Origin: Gemmatimonadota bacterium | Lineage (GTDB): Bacteria > Gemmatimonadota > Gemmatimonadetes > JACCXV01 > JAHWKZ01 | DNA: 64,000 nt | Assembly (NCBI GenBank): GCA_046261835.1 | Contig: JBHEOA010000176.1 | Coordinates: 8,588 to 72,587, forward strand | Reading direction: 5' to 3' | Shown here: positions 37,820 through 47,372 of the stretch, one piece after another | Position numbering within the stretch: the first letter of the stretch is position 1 | Layout of the letters: the number at the start of each line of letters is the position of its first letter | Translations under genes and position numbers: made by a program | Notes under the pieces: model-generated | Seen by the model: the letters and a program-made list of their open reading frames with translations, nothing else | Told to the model about the DNA's origin: nothing | Database searches by the model: none

Positions 37820-38835
37820 TCCGACACGGGGCGGCGATCGCCTTGGCAGCCGCCCTGTGCGCCGCCTGCACCGGGCCCGCCGACGAGCTGATCGTCCTCC
37901 ACACCGCCAACGCCTACGGCTATTTCGACACCTGTGGATGTCGGTCCGATTCGACCGGCGGCCTCGCCAAGCGAGCCTGGGTCGTGGATTCCCTGAGGCG
38001 CGAGGGAGACGATCCGATCCTGCTGGTCGACGCTGGCGACTTCACCGGCGGCGAGAACGCCTACGGAGCCGCTCTCGGGCGCGTCATGATCGATGCCATG
38101 GAGCTCATGGAGTACGACGCCTACACCCTGGGGGAGTGGGACTTCAATCAAGGCGCGGCTTACGTGCGCTCGATCGTCGAGGAAAGCCCGATCGCGTGGG
38201 TTCACACCAACTACGACGTCGTAGGCCTGGAGGATCTCGGCCACGAGACGCTCGTCATCGAGAGGGGCGGTCGCAAGATTGGGCTGTTGGGACTCTTCAA
38301 TCCGACGATCCAGCTCAATGCAGCGGTCCGTGACAGCGTGGTCGTCGAGCAGGATGTCGTCACCAGCGCACGGCGCGGCGTGAGACAGCTGCGCGAGCGC
38401 GAGGTCGATGCGATCGTCGTGCTGAGCCACCTGAGCTATAAAGCCGATCGCGCTCTGGCCGAGCAGGTGGAGGGAATCGATCTGATCGTCAGCGGTCACG
38501 GTGGCAAGTCGTTGATCGAGGCCGAGGGGGTCATGCCAGGCACATGGGTGGTCGCACCCGGTGATCTCGGCCGCTTCCTCGGGCGAGCCGAGATCGAGTT
38601 CGGCGATCGTTCCGCGGAAGCAACCGCGGTGCGGGATGTGAGAGGGGAGCTCATCGCCATGACTCCCGAGCTTCCCAACGACACCCGGCTCGATCCCCTT
38701 TTCGCGCGCTACGAGGAGGAACGGCAAGCCTTGATGCGCCGCGAGCTCGAAGCGCGACGCACCCCCGAGTACTTCCGCGCCCCCGCGGCTCCTCTCGAAG
38801 AAGCCCCGGGCCGGCTACAATCCCCCGGCAGCTAG
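37807..38835 (+). CDS. calcineurin-like metallophosphoesterase (5'-nucleotidase/UshA N-terminal-like) lipoprotein
   Basis: Lipobox (ALCAAC). Metallophosphoesterase motifs DAGDF, GEWDFN and SHLS...GHGG. Confidence 0.7.
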   Translation: MAILIRHGAAIALAAALCAACTGPADELIVLHTANAYGYFDTCGCRSDSTGGLAKRAWVVDSLRREGDDPILLVDAGDFTGGENAYGAALGRVMIDAMELMEYDAYTLGEWDFNQGAAYVRSIVEESPIAWVHTNYDVVGLEDLGHETLVIERGGRKIGLLGLFNPTIQLNAAVRDSVVVEQDVVTSARRGVRQLREREVDAIVVLSHLSYKADRALAEQVEGIDLIVSGHGGKSLIEAEGVMPGTWVVAPGDLGRFLGRAEIEFGDRSAEATAVRDVRGELIAMTPELPNDTRLDPLFARYEEERQALMRRELEARRTPEYFRAPAAPLEEAPGRLQSPGS

Positions 38836-38858
38836 TGGTTGGTACCAGGAGGTAAGCG

Positions 38859-39407
38859 ATGGCCTTCGTGGCGAAGGAGCTCTTCCTGACCCGCGGCGTC
38901 GGCCGGCATCGCGAGAAGCTGGCCTCGTTCGAGCTCGCGCTGCGCGACGCGCAGATCGCCGAATACAACATCGTGCGGGTCTCGAGCATCTTCCCCCCGG
39001 GATGCAAGCTTATTCCGATGAAGGAAGGCGTGAGGAAACTGACAGCGGGCCAGGTCCTGTTCACGGTGGTCGCGGAGTCGTCGACCGACGAACCCCACCG
39101 GCTGATCGCCTCGTCCATTGGCGTGGCGATCCCACGCGACGAGACGCACTACGGCTATCTCTCGGAACACCACTCTTACGGCCAGACCGACGAGGAAGCG
39201 GGCGACTACGCTGAGGACCTCGCCGCGCAGATGCTTGCCACCGTGCTCGGTGTCCAGTTCGATCCCGATGCCGCGTGGGATGCGCGGAAGGAAGTGTGGC
39301 GAATCTCCGAGGAGATCGTTACGACGCGCAACATCACGCAGTCGGCGGTGGGGGAGAAGAGTGGGTTGTGGACCACAGTAGTCGCCGCCGCTGTCCTGAT
39401 AGACTGA
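38859..39407 (+). CDS. pdaD: pyruvoyl-dependent arginine decarboxylase
   Basis: AGGAGG Shine-Dalgarno. About 180 aa. VRVSSIFPPG contains the Ser-Ser self-cleavage site typical of PdaD. Confidence 0.8.
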   Translation: MAFVAKELFLTRGVGRHREKLASFELALRDAQIAEYNIVRVSSIFPPGCKLIPMKEGVRKLTAGQVLFTVVAESSTDEPHRLIASSIGVAIPRDETHYGYLSEHHSYGQTDEEAGDYAEDLAAQMLATVLGVQFDPDAAWDARKEVWRISEEIVTTRNITQSAVGEKSGLWTTVVAAAVLID

Positions 39408-39408
39408 C

Positions 39409-39526
39409 GGCCGCTGAAGATGGCGCATCTCTGCGTTGCCCTTCGTCGGACTTCATTGCGGCGTAGCCCATACTACCCCTCATTCGTCCTCCTCGGGCGC
39501 CTTGATCTGCGCGATCTTGAGCGGCC
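39409..39526 (+). repeat. structured intercistronic repeat element, copy B
   Basis: 5' arm GGCCGCTGAAGATGGCGC pairs with 3' arm GCGCGATCTTGAGCGGCC. It shares ATCTCTGCGTTGC...CGTCGG and CGGGCGCCTTGATCT with copies A and C. It lies between pdaD and the speB GTG at 39589. Confidence 0.6.
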
Positions 39527-39588
39527 TTCCTGATGACGTTGGCGGTCTTGACCCGCCTTCCCTTCTCTCTCATCAGAATGCTCTTGAT

Positions 39589-40455
39589 GTGAACTTTCTG
39601 GGGTTGAGTGACGAGGAGACGCGGTACGAGGCGTGTCGTGGGGTCGTGGTGCCGGTGCCGTACGAGGCTACCGTATCGTACGGTGGAGGCACGGCGCGGG
39701 GGCCGGCGGCGATCCTCGAGGCTTCGGGGTACGTCGAGCTGTACGACGAGATCCTGCGCGAGGAGCCGTACCGGAAAGGCGGCATCCACACCCACGCCGC
39801 AGTCGAAGCCGGTCCGGACGAGGGTGCGGAAAGCTTCATCGACCGTCTCACGGAGGTCGCATCTCGTCTCTATGCCGACGACAAGTTCCCGATCTTTCTC
39901 GGAGGTGAGCACACGATCACCACCGGTCCTGTCCGCGCCGCCCGGGCGGCGTACGAGGATCTCTCGGTCCTCCAGTTCGACGCCCACGCCGATCTTCGCG
40001 ACCGTTATCAGGAGACCCCATGGTCCCACGCCTGCGTCATGCGGCGTGTGTTCGAGCTCGGGGTCTGGATCGTGCCGATCGGAATCCGCGCCGTGTCGGT
40101 GGAGGAGGCGGAGTTCATCCGCGAGGAGGACCTGCCCGTCTTCTGGTCGCATCGCATCGCCCACGGCGGCGGATGGATGGAGACCGCGCTGGCCGCCCTG
40201 ACCGACAACGTCTACGTCACGTTCGACGTGGACTTCTTCGATCCGGCCGTCATGCCCGCTACGGGGACGCCCGAGCCCGGCGGCGGGTCCTGGCACGAGA
40301 CCCTGCACTTCCTGGGGAAGGTGTTCCAGCAGAAGCGCGTCGTGGGGATGGACGTCGTCGAGCTCGCGCCGATCACCGGTCTCCACGCGCCCGATTTCGT
40401 CGCCGCGCGGCTGGTTCACCGCGCCTTCGGCTACAGGTTCCACGACTGGGGGTAG
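39589..40455 (+). CDS. speB: agmatinase (arginase-family ureohydrolase)
   Basis: GTG start gives N-terminus MNFLGL...VVVPVPYEATVSYGGGTARGPAAILEAS. Mn-ligand motifs GGEHTIT, DAHADL and DVDFFDP. Confidence 0.85.
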   Translation: MNFLGLSDEETRYEACRGVVVPVPYEATVSYGGGTARGPAAILEASGYVELYDEILREEPYRKGGIHTHAAVEAGPDEGAESFIDRLTEVASRLYADDKFPIFLGGEHTITTGPVRAARAAYEDLSVLQFDAHADLRDRYQETPWSHACVMRRVFELGVWIVPIGIRAVSVEEAEFIREEDLPVFWSHRIAHGGGWMETALAALTDNVYVTFDVDFFDPAVMPATGTPEPGGGSWHETLHFLGKVFQQKRVVGMDVVELAPITGLHAPDFVAARLVHRAFGYRFHDWG

Positions 40456-40932
40456 GTGTTGGAGATTCGCGAGATCGAGCTGCCCGGAATCGGTCGCAAG
40501 TATGCCTTGCTCACCGAGGACGGTGCGCGACTGACGGTGATCCTCCACAACAGCGGCCATCGCGAGATTTATCTCTTCGACAAAGGCGCCGATTTCCCGA
40601 CCTCCGCCGTCCGCCTTGACGACCGGGATGGCCGAGGGCTCGGCGCGATCCTGGCGGGCGCCTATTACCAGCCCGTCGGCGAGGCGGATCTGGCCACGGT
40701 GCTCGGCCAGATGGCGATCGACTGGCATGAAGTCGGACCGGCGATGGCAGGGCGGACGATCGGCGCACTCGAGATCCGCTCCAAGACGGGTGCCAGCGTG
40801 ATCGCCGTCCTTCGGAAGGAAGGCGCGCTGCCCAACCCGGGACCAGGCACGACCTTGCGTCAAGGCGACACTCTCGTGCTGATCGGCACCCGCGAGCAGA
40901 TCGAGGCGTTTCGTCGTCGCTTCGCCTCGTAG
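40456..40932 (+). CDS. TrkA-C domain regulatory protein (KhtT-like) of a K+/H+ antiporter
   Basis: GTG immediately after the speB stop. C-terminal TrkA-C fold (...GRTIGALEIRSKTGASVIAVLRKEG...GDTLVLIGTREQIEAF). Followed by a CPA2 antiporter gene. Confidence 0.7.
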   Translation: MLEIREIELPGIGRKYALLTEDGARLTVILHNSGHREIYLFDKGADFPTSAVRLDDRDGRGLGAILAGAYYQPVGEADLATVLGQMAIDWHEVGPAMAGRTIGALEIRSKTGASVIAVLRKEGALPNPGPGTTLRQGDTLVLIGTREQIEAFRRRFAS

Positions 40933-40943
40933 GAGCCCACCTG

Positions 40944-42101
40944 ATGTCGGGCCCGCTGCTCGGCCTCGCCGCGATCCTGCTGCTCCTCGCCCTGGGGGGC
41001 GCCATCCTCCGCCGAGCGGGTCAGTCCGCCGTCCCGGTCTACATCCTCTTGGGTGTGGCGACCCGCACCACCGTGGTCGACCCCGACGTCGTCCGCTTCG
41101 TCGAGGCGATCGGCGTCGCGCTGCTGCTCTTCTTCGTCGGCCTCGAGTTCTCGATCCTCAGGCTACGTCGCGGCGCGCGCTCGTTCGCGGTCGCCGGGGG
41201 CATCGATCTCGCGATCAACTTTCCGGTGGGATTCCTGGGAGGCATCGCGCTCGGCTGGGAGCTTCCGGCGGCGCTTCTGCTCGGTGCCGCTCTCTATGTC
41301 TCGAGCTCTGCCATCGTCGCTCAGAACCTTTTCGATCTCGGCCGCGCGGCCCATCCCGAGACCGAGCTCGTTCTCGGGATCCTGGTCGCCGAGGACCTGA
41401 TCATCGCCCTCTTTCTCGCGGGGCTCTCATTGTGGCCATCGCTTTCTCTCGGCGAGGTGTCGCCACCAACCACGATCGCCGCGATCATCGCGTTGATCCT
41501 GCTCCTTACGGTTCTCGCCGACCCGTTGACGCGAATCCTCGATGCGTTGTTCGTCCGGCTCGATGACGAGGTCCTGCTGCTCGCGATCTCGGGGTTCCTC
41601 CTGCTCTTCGCCGGGGTCAGCCTGCAGGCGGGCTTATCGGAAGCGGTGGGCGCGTTCACGGCCGGCCTCCTGGTCGGCAACGCCACCTCTAAGGCGCGAG
41701 TGGAAAAGCTGCTCGCCCCGTTTCTCGGTCTCTTTTCGGCGCTCTTCTTCTTCGGGTTCGGCCTCACGATCGAGGGGTCGACGCTCCCGCCGGCCCTGGC
41801 CACGGGCCTCGCGCTGGCAGCCGTCGCTCTCGGCGGAAAGCTGCTGGGTGGCCTGGCGGCGGGCCTCAAGGCGAAGCTCTCCGTCGCCGCGTCGGTCAGC
41901 CTGGGCCTCACCCTGTCCCCGCGCGGCGAGTTCTCGGTCCTGCTCGCGGCATATGGGGTCGCGCTCGGACACCCCGAGCTGGGGCCTACCGTGGCGATCG
42001 TCGTGGTGTCGCTTGCTGTGGCGGGGACGCTCCTTACCCAGCTGAGCCCGCGAATCGGCCTCGCTGTCCAGGACCTGACCCGGCGCCGAAAGCCTGACTG
42101 A
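40944..42101 (+). CDS. cation:proton antiporter (CPA2/Kef-type, KhtU-like)
   Basis: 385 aa with about 11 predicted transmembrane helices. Na+/H+-exchanger family sequence. Confidence 0.8.
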   Translation: MSGPLLGLAAILLLLALGGAILRRAGQSAVPVYILLGVATRTTVVDPDVVRFVEAIGVALLLFFVGLEFSILRLRRGARSFAVAGGIDLAINFPVGFLGGIALGWELPAALLLGAALYVSSSAIVAQNLFDLGRAAHPETELVLGILVAEDLIIALFLAGLSLWPSLSLGEVSPPTTIAAIIALILLLTVLADPLTRILDALFVRLDDEVLLLAISGFLLLFAGVSLQAGLSEAVGAFTAGLLVGNATSKARVEKLLAPFLGLFSALFFFGFGLTIEGSTLPPALATGLALAAVALGGKLLGGLAAGLKAKLSVAASVSLGLTLSPRGEFSVLLAAYGVALGHPELGPTVAIVVVSLAVAGTLLTQLSPRIGLAVQDLTRRRKPD

Positions 42102-42144
42102 GCGGTTTGCCGAGAGGCGCACGCAAGGGGAACTTCAACCTTCC

Positions 42145-42720
42145 GTGTCATCCAACCGCATCATCCGCTGGACCGCCGCGATCGTAACGGCCGGGTCGAT
42201 CGCCGCTTGCGGTGACGATCAGACGTCCGACTCCGCCGGCCGCAGGAGCGGCTACTCGCCGATCCGGCCGGCGCCCGAATTCGAGCTGGAGACGCTCGAC
42301 GGCGACACGCTGACATTGGCCGATCTGGGCGACCGGAAGGCGATCCTCATGAATTTCTGGGCCTCGTGGTGCTTCCCTTGCAAGGCGGAGATGCCCGAGC
42401 TGATCGCCCTCCACGAGGAGTACGACGAGAAAGGGCTCGCCGTGCTCGGCGTGACCGTCAACGACCTTCCACGCGACTCACGCGCCTTCGTCGCGGAGAT
42501 CGCTGTTCCTTATCCCTCCGTGATCGGCACGCCCGCCATGCTGGAGGCATATGGCATCTCTCCGTGGCTACCCACCACGATTCTGGTCACGGACGGACAG
42601 GTCGTACGCGAATGGGTGGGACCGCAGACCCGTAAAGAGCTCGACTACTCGATTCAGGTGGCGCTCGGCCTGGCGAGCCCCGTAGGCCTGCCGGAGGAGG
42701 ATCCCGCGGGTGGGCGGTGA
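42145..42720 (+). CDS. TlpA/ResA-like thiol:disulfide oxidoreductase lipoprotein (thioredoxin fold)
   Basis: Lipobox (SIAAC). WCFPC active site. Confidence 0.8.
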   Translation: MSSNRIIRWTAAIVTAGSIAACGDDQTSDSAGRRSGYSPIRPAPEFELETLDGDTLTLADLGDRKAILMNFWASWCFPCKAEMPELIALHEEYDEKGLAVLGVTVNDLPRDSRAFVAEIAVPYPSVIGTPAMLEAYGISPWLPTTILVTDGQVVREWVGPQTRKELDYSIQVALGLASPVGLPEEDPAGGR

Positions 42721-43465
42721 GCTTTCGGTGGTGGTCGCTTTTCTGGCGGGTGTCGTCTCGTTCCTCAGCCCGTGCGTCCTACCGCTTTTCCCATCGTATC
42801 TCTCGTTCGTCACTGGCCTCACGTTCGACGAGCTGGCTACTCCGGACCCGGCGGCCCGATCGCGCGTGCGACGCCTCACGGTCGTCCATTCGCTCCTCTT
42901 CATCCTGGGCTTCATGCTGGTCTTCATCGCCCTCGGCGCCTCGGCCACGGCGGTGGGACAGTTCATGCGCTCGAATCAAGGGTGGATCCGTCGCGTGGCT
43001 GGTGTGGTCATCGTGCTCTTCGGGCTCCACATCGCGGGCGTCTTCCGTCTTGCCTTCCTCCAGCGCGAGAAGCGCATCCACCTCCAACAGCGCCCCGCCG
43101 GGATGCTGGGGTCGGTGGTCGTTGGGTTCGCGTTCGGCGCTGGTTGGACGCCGTGCATCGGCCCGATCCTGGGTGCCATCCTCACGATGGCGGGAACGAG
43201 CGGGCAGCTTTCGACCGGAGTCCTGCTCCTCTTCGCCTACGGTCTGGGCCTCGGGGTCCCGTTCTTCGTTGCGGCGATCGGATTCAGCGGATTTCTCACC
43301 GGGTTCAAACAGGTTCGTGTCTGGCTGCGGCCGATCGAAGTGGCGAGCGGCGTGGTCCTGATTGCGGTGGGGATCCTCATCTTCACTAATTACTTCGCGG
43401 TGCTCGCGGCGATGCTGAATCGGTGGATTCTCCCCTTATTCCCATTCATCTCCGAAAACATTTAG
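42710..43465 (+). CDS. ccdA: cytochrome c-type biogenesis protein CcdA (DsbD-family thiol-disulfide transporter)
   Basis: Six transmembrane helices with the two conserved Cys (LSPCVLP and GWTPCIGP). Overlaps tlpA by 11 nt. Confidence 0.85.
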   Translation: MGGELSVVVAFLAGVVSFLSPCVLPLFPSYLSFVTGLTFDELATPDPAARSRVRRLTVVHSLLFILGFMLVFIALGASATAVGQFMRSNQGWIRRVAGVVIVLFGLHIAGVFRLAFLQREKRIHLQQRPAGMLGSVVVGFAFGAGWTPCIGPILGAILTMAGTSGQLSTGVLLLFAYGLGLGVPFFVAAIGFSGFLTGFKQVRVWLRPIEVASGVVLIAVGILIFTNYFAVLAAMLNRWILPLFPFISENI

Positions 43466-43467
43466 GG

Positions 43468-43619
43468 GAGGCGGCTGAAAACGGCGAATTCTCTGCGTTG
43501 CGTTCCCTCGGCCTTCCTGCGGCGCACATTTCAGTGCGCCTCGGATGACCTCAGTCGCGCGCCTTGATCTTCACCGTTTTGAGCCGCCTCGAGTGACCTC
43601 GGTCATTTTGAGCGGCGCC
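43468..43619 (+). repeat. structured intercistronic repeat element, copy C (core 43468-43590 plus a partial duplicate of the 3' arm to 43619)
   Basis: 5' arm GAGGCGGCTGAAAACGG pairs with 3' arm CCGTTTTGAGCCGCCTC. Internal TTCTCTGCGTTGCG, hairpin GGCGCAC-ATTTCA-GTGCGCC, and CGCGCGCCTTGATCT. An extra CATTTTGAGCGGCGCC follows. Confidence 0.6.
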
Positions 43620-43746
43620 TGGTAGTTAACGGAAGAGCGAGAGGGGCGCGGCGGACGGATGAGGGATGCGCGTGGCGGGAGCCGGTGCGCTCTCGGTACA
43701 TTGCCGCCGCTGGCGTGGTCGGCGGCTCGCGACGCGTGGGGGACTC

Positions 43747-43926
43747 GTGGACTGGTTCTACATCTACTTCATCGGCTTTTTGATCCTCATCGCGGCCGTC
43801 GGCCTCGGTCTCAGTAAGCTCGGTCTCGGCGCCGAGTGGATCTTCATCGTCTGTCTAGGGCTCCTGGGCGTGGCGGTGATGAGCGCCGTCAAACACTCTC
43901 GCGGGGGCGGCGGGGAGACCCCGTAG
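43747..43926 (+). CDS. small hydrophobic membrane protein (about 59 aa)
   Basis: GTG start. Two predicted transmembrane helices (WFYIYFIGFLILIAAVGLGL... and IFIVCLGLLGVAVMSAV). Only weak evidence. Confidence 0.3.
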   Translation: MDWFYIYFIGFLILIAAVGLGLSKLGLGAEWIFIVCLGLLGVAVMSAVKHSRGGGGETP

Positions 43927-43933
43927 CCCGCCC

Positions 43934-44626
43934 TTGGCCGATCTCGCCTCGTCGCTTCGCGGGTTGGTCACCGAAAATCTGGGCTACAAGATCGTGGCCC
44001 TGCTCCTCGCGTTCCTTCTCTGGTTCGATGTCAACACCGACGAGATCTCGGTCGTCGAGTACGCCGTCCCTTTGAGGCTCGCCGTCCGGGGGCACGACAT
44101 GATCGTGACCAACGACGTGCCTCGCGATATCGAGGTCCAGTTCACGGGACGCGGCAAGGAGCTGTTGCGGCTGAGTCGCGATCAGCTGGCCATCGAGAAG
44201 GAGGTGCAGGGCGGCGAGAGCGATACCATTCAGATCGCGATCGAGCCGAGTGACGTGCTGAAGGCGACTGATCTCGAAGTTACGCCGATCGCCGTGTCCC
44301 CGAGCCAGATCACGGTGGTGACCGATCGCTTCATGGAAAAGACGGTTTCGCTACAACCGATCGGGACGCCCGTGTCCGAGGAGGGATACGAGGTGGTCGA
44401 TGTGGTCGTCGAGCCGCGGCGCGTCAAGGTGAGGGGTGTGACGGCGGAGGTCCGCGGGATCGGATCATTGGCCCTCGACCTGTCCCAGATCCGGCGCGTG
44501 ACCGGTCCCCTGGATGTCAAGCTGGAGATCGCCGTGCCCGAGACTCTTCGCACCGTCACGGTCACGCCCGATAGTGTCCGCATCCGGGGACGCGTGATCG
44601 AGGTACGGGAGCTGGCTGGCGAATAG
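43934..44626 (+). CDS. YbbR-like domain protein (CdaR-like)
   Basis: N-terminal transmembrane anchor (KIVALLLAFLLWF). Then two YbbR-like beta-rich repeats (...VPLRL...V...V.V...G). Confidence 0.65.
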   Translation: MADLASSLRGLVTENLGYKIVALLLAFLLWFDVNTDEISVVEYAVPLRLAVRGHDMIVTNDVPRDIEVQFTGRGKELLRLSRDQLAIEKEVQGGESDTIQIAIEPSDVLKATDLEVTPIAVSPSQITVVTDRFMEKTVSLQPIGTPVSEEGYEVVDVVVEPRRVKVRGVTAEVRGIGSLALDLSQIRRVTGPLDVKLEIAVPETLRTVTVTPDSVRIRGRVIEVRELAGE

Positions 44627-44667
44627 CCGCGCTTGCCGTTGCGGACGTGGCGACCCATCCTCGTAGG

Positions 44668-45672
44668 ATGCTCACGCTCGGTATCGAGACCTCGTGCGAC
44701 GACACCTCGATCGCTGTCCTCGAGGGGGAGACGAACCTCCTGTCGACGATCGTATCGTCGCAGGTCGAGCGGCACGCCGAGTACGGCGGCGTAGTGCCCG
44801 AGCTCGCGAGCCGGGCTCACCTGGAGAACATCGTGCCCGTCTTCGACCGTGCGCTCGCCGATGCGGGGGTCGCCCCCGAAAACATCGACCTGATCGGCGT
44901 GACTCACGCTCCCGGGCTGGTGGGCGCGCTCCTGGTGGGTGGGGCATTCGCTCAAGGGCTCGCGATGTTCCTCGGGATTCCGATCGTGCCGGTCCACCAC
45001 CTGGAGGCCCATATCGTAGCCAATCTGCTCGAGCATCCCGAGCTGGAGCTTCCGGCGGTCGCCCTCGTCGTCTCCGGCGGGCACACGCTCCTCGTCCACG
45101 TCCCGGCCTGGAAGCGCTACGAGGTCCTGGGACGGACCCGTGACGACGCCGCGGGGGAGGCGTTCGACAAGGTGGCCAAGCTGCTCGGGCTCGGCTTCCC
45201 CGGCGGGCCCCTCATCGAGCGCGAGGCACGCTCCGGTGACCCGCAGGCGATTTCCTTTCCGCGGCCGATGATCGATTCGGCGGACTACGACATGTCCTTC
45301 TCGGGACTCAAGACGGCCGTCCTCTACTGGGTCGAGGCGCGAGACCCGGTGACCGTCGCGTCGCGGCGCGCCGACGTCTGCGCCTCGTTTCAGGCCGCGG
45401 TCGTCGACGTCCTGGTGGAGAAGACCGCCCGGGCGGTGCGAGCGCTCGAAGTCCCCACGGTGCTCCTGGCAGGTGGGGTCGCGTGCAACGGCGCCCTCCG
45501 CGAGGCCGCGCGCGCGCGCCTTGGAGACGAGGCCACGGTCCTCTGGCCGCGGCCCATCCACTGCACCGACAACGGCGCCATGATCGCCCGCACCGCGATG
45601 CTCCACGCCGACGAGGCGGTAAGCCCCGGGGAGTTCGACGTCCTGGCGAGCTTGCCGCTCGGCGCTCCCTAA
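44668..45672 (+). CDS. tsaD: tRNA N6-adenosine threonylcarbamoyltransferase TsaD (Kae1/Gcp)
   Basis: N-terminus MLTLGIETSCDDTSIAVL. Motifs HLEAH and VSGGH. An alternative GTG start lies at 44647. Confidence 0.9.
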   Translation: MLTLGIETSCDDTSIAVLEGETNLLSTIVSSQVERHAEYGGVVPELASRAHLENIVPVFDRALADAGVAPENIDLIGVTHAPGLVGALLVGGAFAQGLAMFLGIPIVPVHHLEAHIVANLLEHPELELPAVALVVSGGHTLLVHVPAWKRYEVLGRTRDDAAGEAFDKVAKLLGLGFPGGPLIEREARSGDPQAISFPRPMIDSADYDMSFSGLKTAVLYWVEARDPVTVASRRADVCASFQAAVVDVLVEKTARAVRALEVPTVLLAGGVACNGALREAARARLGDEATVLWPRPIHCTDNGAMIARTAMLHADEAVSPGEFDVLASLPLGAP

Positions 45673-45681
45673 GAGCCAGGC

Positions 45682-46446
45682 GTGGAAGCCTCCTGGGCGC
45701 TCGTCGGAGTCGTCGCCGTCCTCGGGCTCCTGATCGGGTCGTTCCTCAACGTTCTGATCCTGCGCCTTCCTGTGGGCGAGTCGATCGTCGCGCCGGGCTC
45801 GCGTTGCCCACACTGCAAGACGCCGCTGCGCTGGTATCACAACGTGCCGCTCGTCTCCTGGCTCGTCCTGGGCGGCCGGTGCGCCTTTTGCAAGGAATCG
45901 ATCGGGTGGCTGTACCCGGCTGTCGAAGCTTCGACGGCGGTGATCTGGGGGGCCAACGTCGCGGCGTACGGCCTCACGCCGGAGACGGCGAGGGCGATCC
46001 TTTTCTTGACGCTGCTCCTCGCGATCGCCGTGACCGATGCGCGGTTCTACATCATCCCCGACGAGTTGTCGCTGGGCGGCGCAGCGCTCGGGCTCGTGCT
46101 GTCACTCCTCCCGGGCGGCCCGGCGCTCCTCGACTCCCTCATTGGCGCCGTGGTGGGTGGTGCCGTGCTCTGGGTCGTGGCGATCGTCGGTAGGTGGGCG
46201 TTCAAGAAGGACGCGATGGGGGGCGGGGACATCAAGATGTTAGCGATGGTGGGCGCCTTCCTGGGTTGGAGGGGCGCCCTGCTCACGATCTTTCTGGGAG
46301 CCCTCGCGGGGACCTTGATCTTCGTGCCACTGGCGTGGAAGAGCGACAAGCTCGTGCCTTTCGGGGTATTCCTGGCTCTGGGCGCCGGCCTCGCGTTCTA
46401 CGTCGGCGACGATCTCCTCCGCTGGTATACCGGGTCGTTCGTGTGA
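45682..46446 (+). CDS. pilD: type IV prepilin leader peptidase (A24 family)
   Basis: N-terminal zinc tetracysteine (CPHC...CAFC). Transmembrane core with GGGDIKM. Confidence 0.8.
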   Translation: MEASWALVGVVAVLGLLIGSFLNVLILRLPVGESIVAPGSRCPHCKTPLRWYHNVPLVSWLVLGGRCAFCKESIGWLYPAVEASTAVIWGANVAAYGLTPETARAILFLTLLLAIAVTDARFYIIPDELSLGGAALGLVLSLLPGGPALLDSLIGAVVGGAVLWVVAIVGRWAFKKDAMGGGDIKMLAMVGAFLGWRGALLTIFLGALAGTLIFVPLAWKSDKLVPFGVFLALGAGLAFYVGDDLLRWYTGSFV

Positions 46447-47372
46447 CCGCCGAAAATCACATTGGGGCGCGTTGCCTGATCCCCGCCGCCGGGCGCGGCA
46501 CGCGCCTCTTGCCGATCACGCGAACCGTGCCCAAAGCGCTCCTTCCGGTCGGCACGCGGCCGATGCTTCAGTGGTGTCTGACCGAGGCGCTGGAAGGTGG
46601 ATTCGACGAGATCGCCGTCGTCGTCGGATCCGATCAACCGCTGCTCGAACAGTATGTCCGCGATGGAGAATGGCGCTCGGGCATCCTGCCCTCTCTGTAC
46701 GGGCGGGCCGAGGCGGTCGAGATCCAGATCGTCAGGCAGGCGAGGCCGAGCGGAGTCGTCGACGCGGTCCTCGTCGCGCGTGAATGGGTGGAAGAGGAGC
46801 GCCCGTTCGCGGTTCTCCTCCCCGACAACGTGCGGATCGCTGGCTCGCCGCCGATCCGGGCTGAGCATCTTTCGGATGCGGAGGCGGAGGACGTCGTCCT
46901 GATCGCCTGTCACCGCGTCGGACCCGAGGCGCGTGACTACTACGGCAATGTTGGTCGAGTCGAGCTCGAGGCGCTGGCCCCGGCCGGAGCGCGACGCCGC
47001 GTGGCCGCGCTCCAGATGCGCGGTGAGGGATCGTTTCGCGCCGAACCCGAGGGCGCCTGGCGGCTCGCGCCCCGGTACACGGTGACACGGCCGTGGATCG
47101 AGGTGGCGCGCGCAGTGGCCGCCGCTGCGTCAGGTGAGCGGGAGGCCGACGACGTCGAGGTCCATCGGCGGCTCGTCACCGACGGACGCTTGTTCGCCCT
47201 TCCATGGCAGGGCACGATGGTGGACGCCGGTCATCCGGGCGGCTACCTCTGGGCGCATCATCTGCTCCACGAAGCGTCGAGCAGCGATCGCGAGGCGGCC
47301 GAGGAGGAGCCGTCGGCTCCACTCCTGCAAGTAGAGGGCTTGCAAATGAAGCCACGTCCATCGGGGGTCTAG
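46443..47372 (+). CDS. sugar-phosphate nucleotidyltransferase (UTP-glucose-1-phosphate uridylyltransferase/GalU-like) with an unusual C-terminal extension
   Basis: GTG overlaps the pilD stop (GTGA). LIPAAGRGTRLLPITRTVPKALLPVG is the nucleotidyltransferase G-loop. Confidence 0.7.
   Translation: MTAENHIGARCLIPAAGRGTRLLPITRTVPKALLPVGTRPMLQWCLTEALEGGFDEIAVVVGSDQPLLEQYVRDGEWRSGILPSLYGRAEAVEIQIVRQARPSGVVDAVLVAREWVEEERPFAVLLPDNVRIAGSPPIRAEHLSDAEAEDVVLIACHRVGPEARDYYGNVGRVELEALAPAGARRRVAALQMRGEGSFRAEPEGAWRLAPRYTVTRPWIEVARAVAAAASGEREADDVEVHRRLVTDGRLFALPWQGTMVDAGHPGGYLWAHHLLHEASSSDREAAEEEPSAPLLQVEGLQMKPRPSGV

Noticed and set aside
39334-40863. 509-aa minus-strand ORF spanning speB and khtT
   Set aside because: Antisense to two well-supported genes. 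Low-complexity translation.
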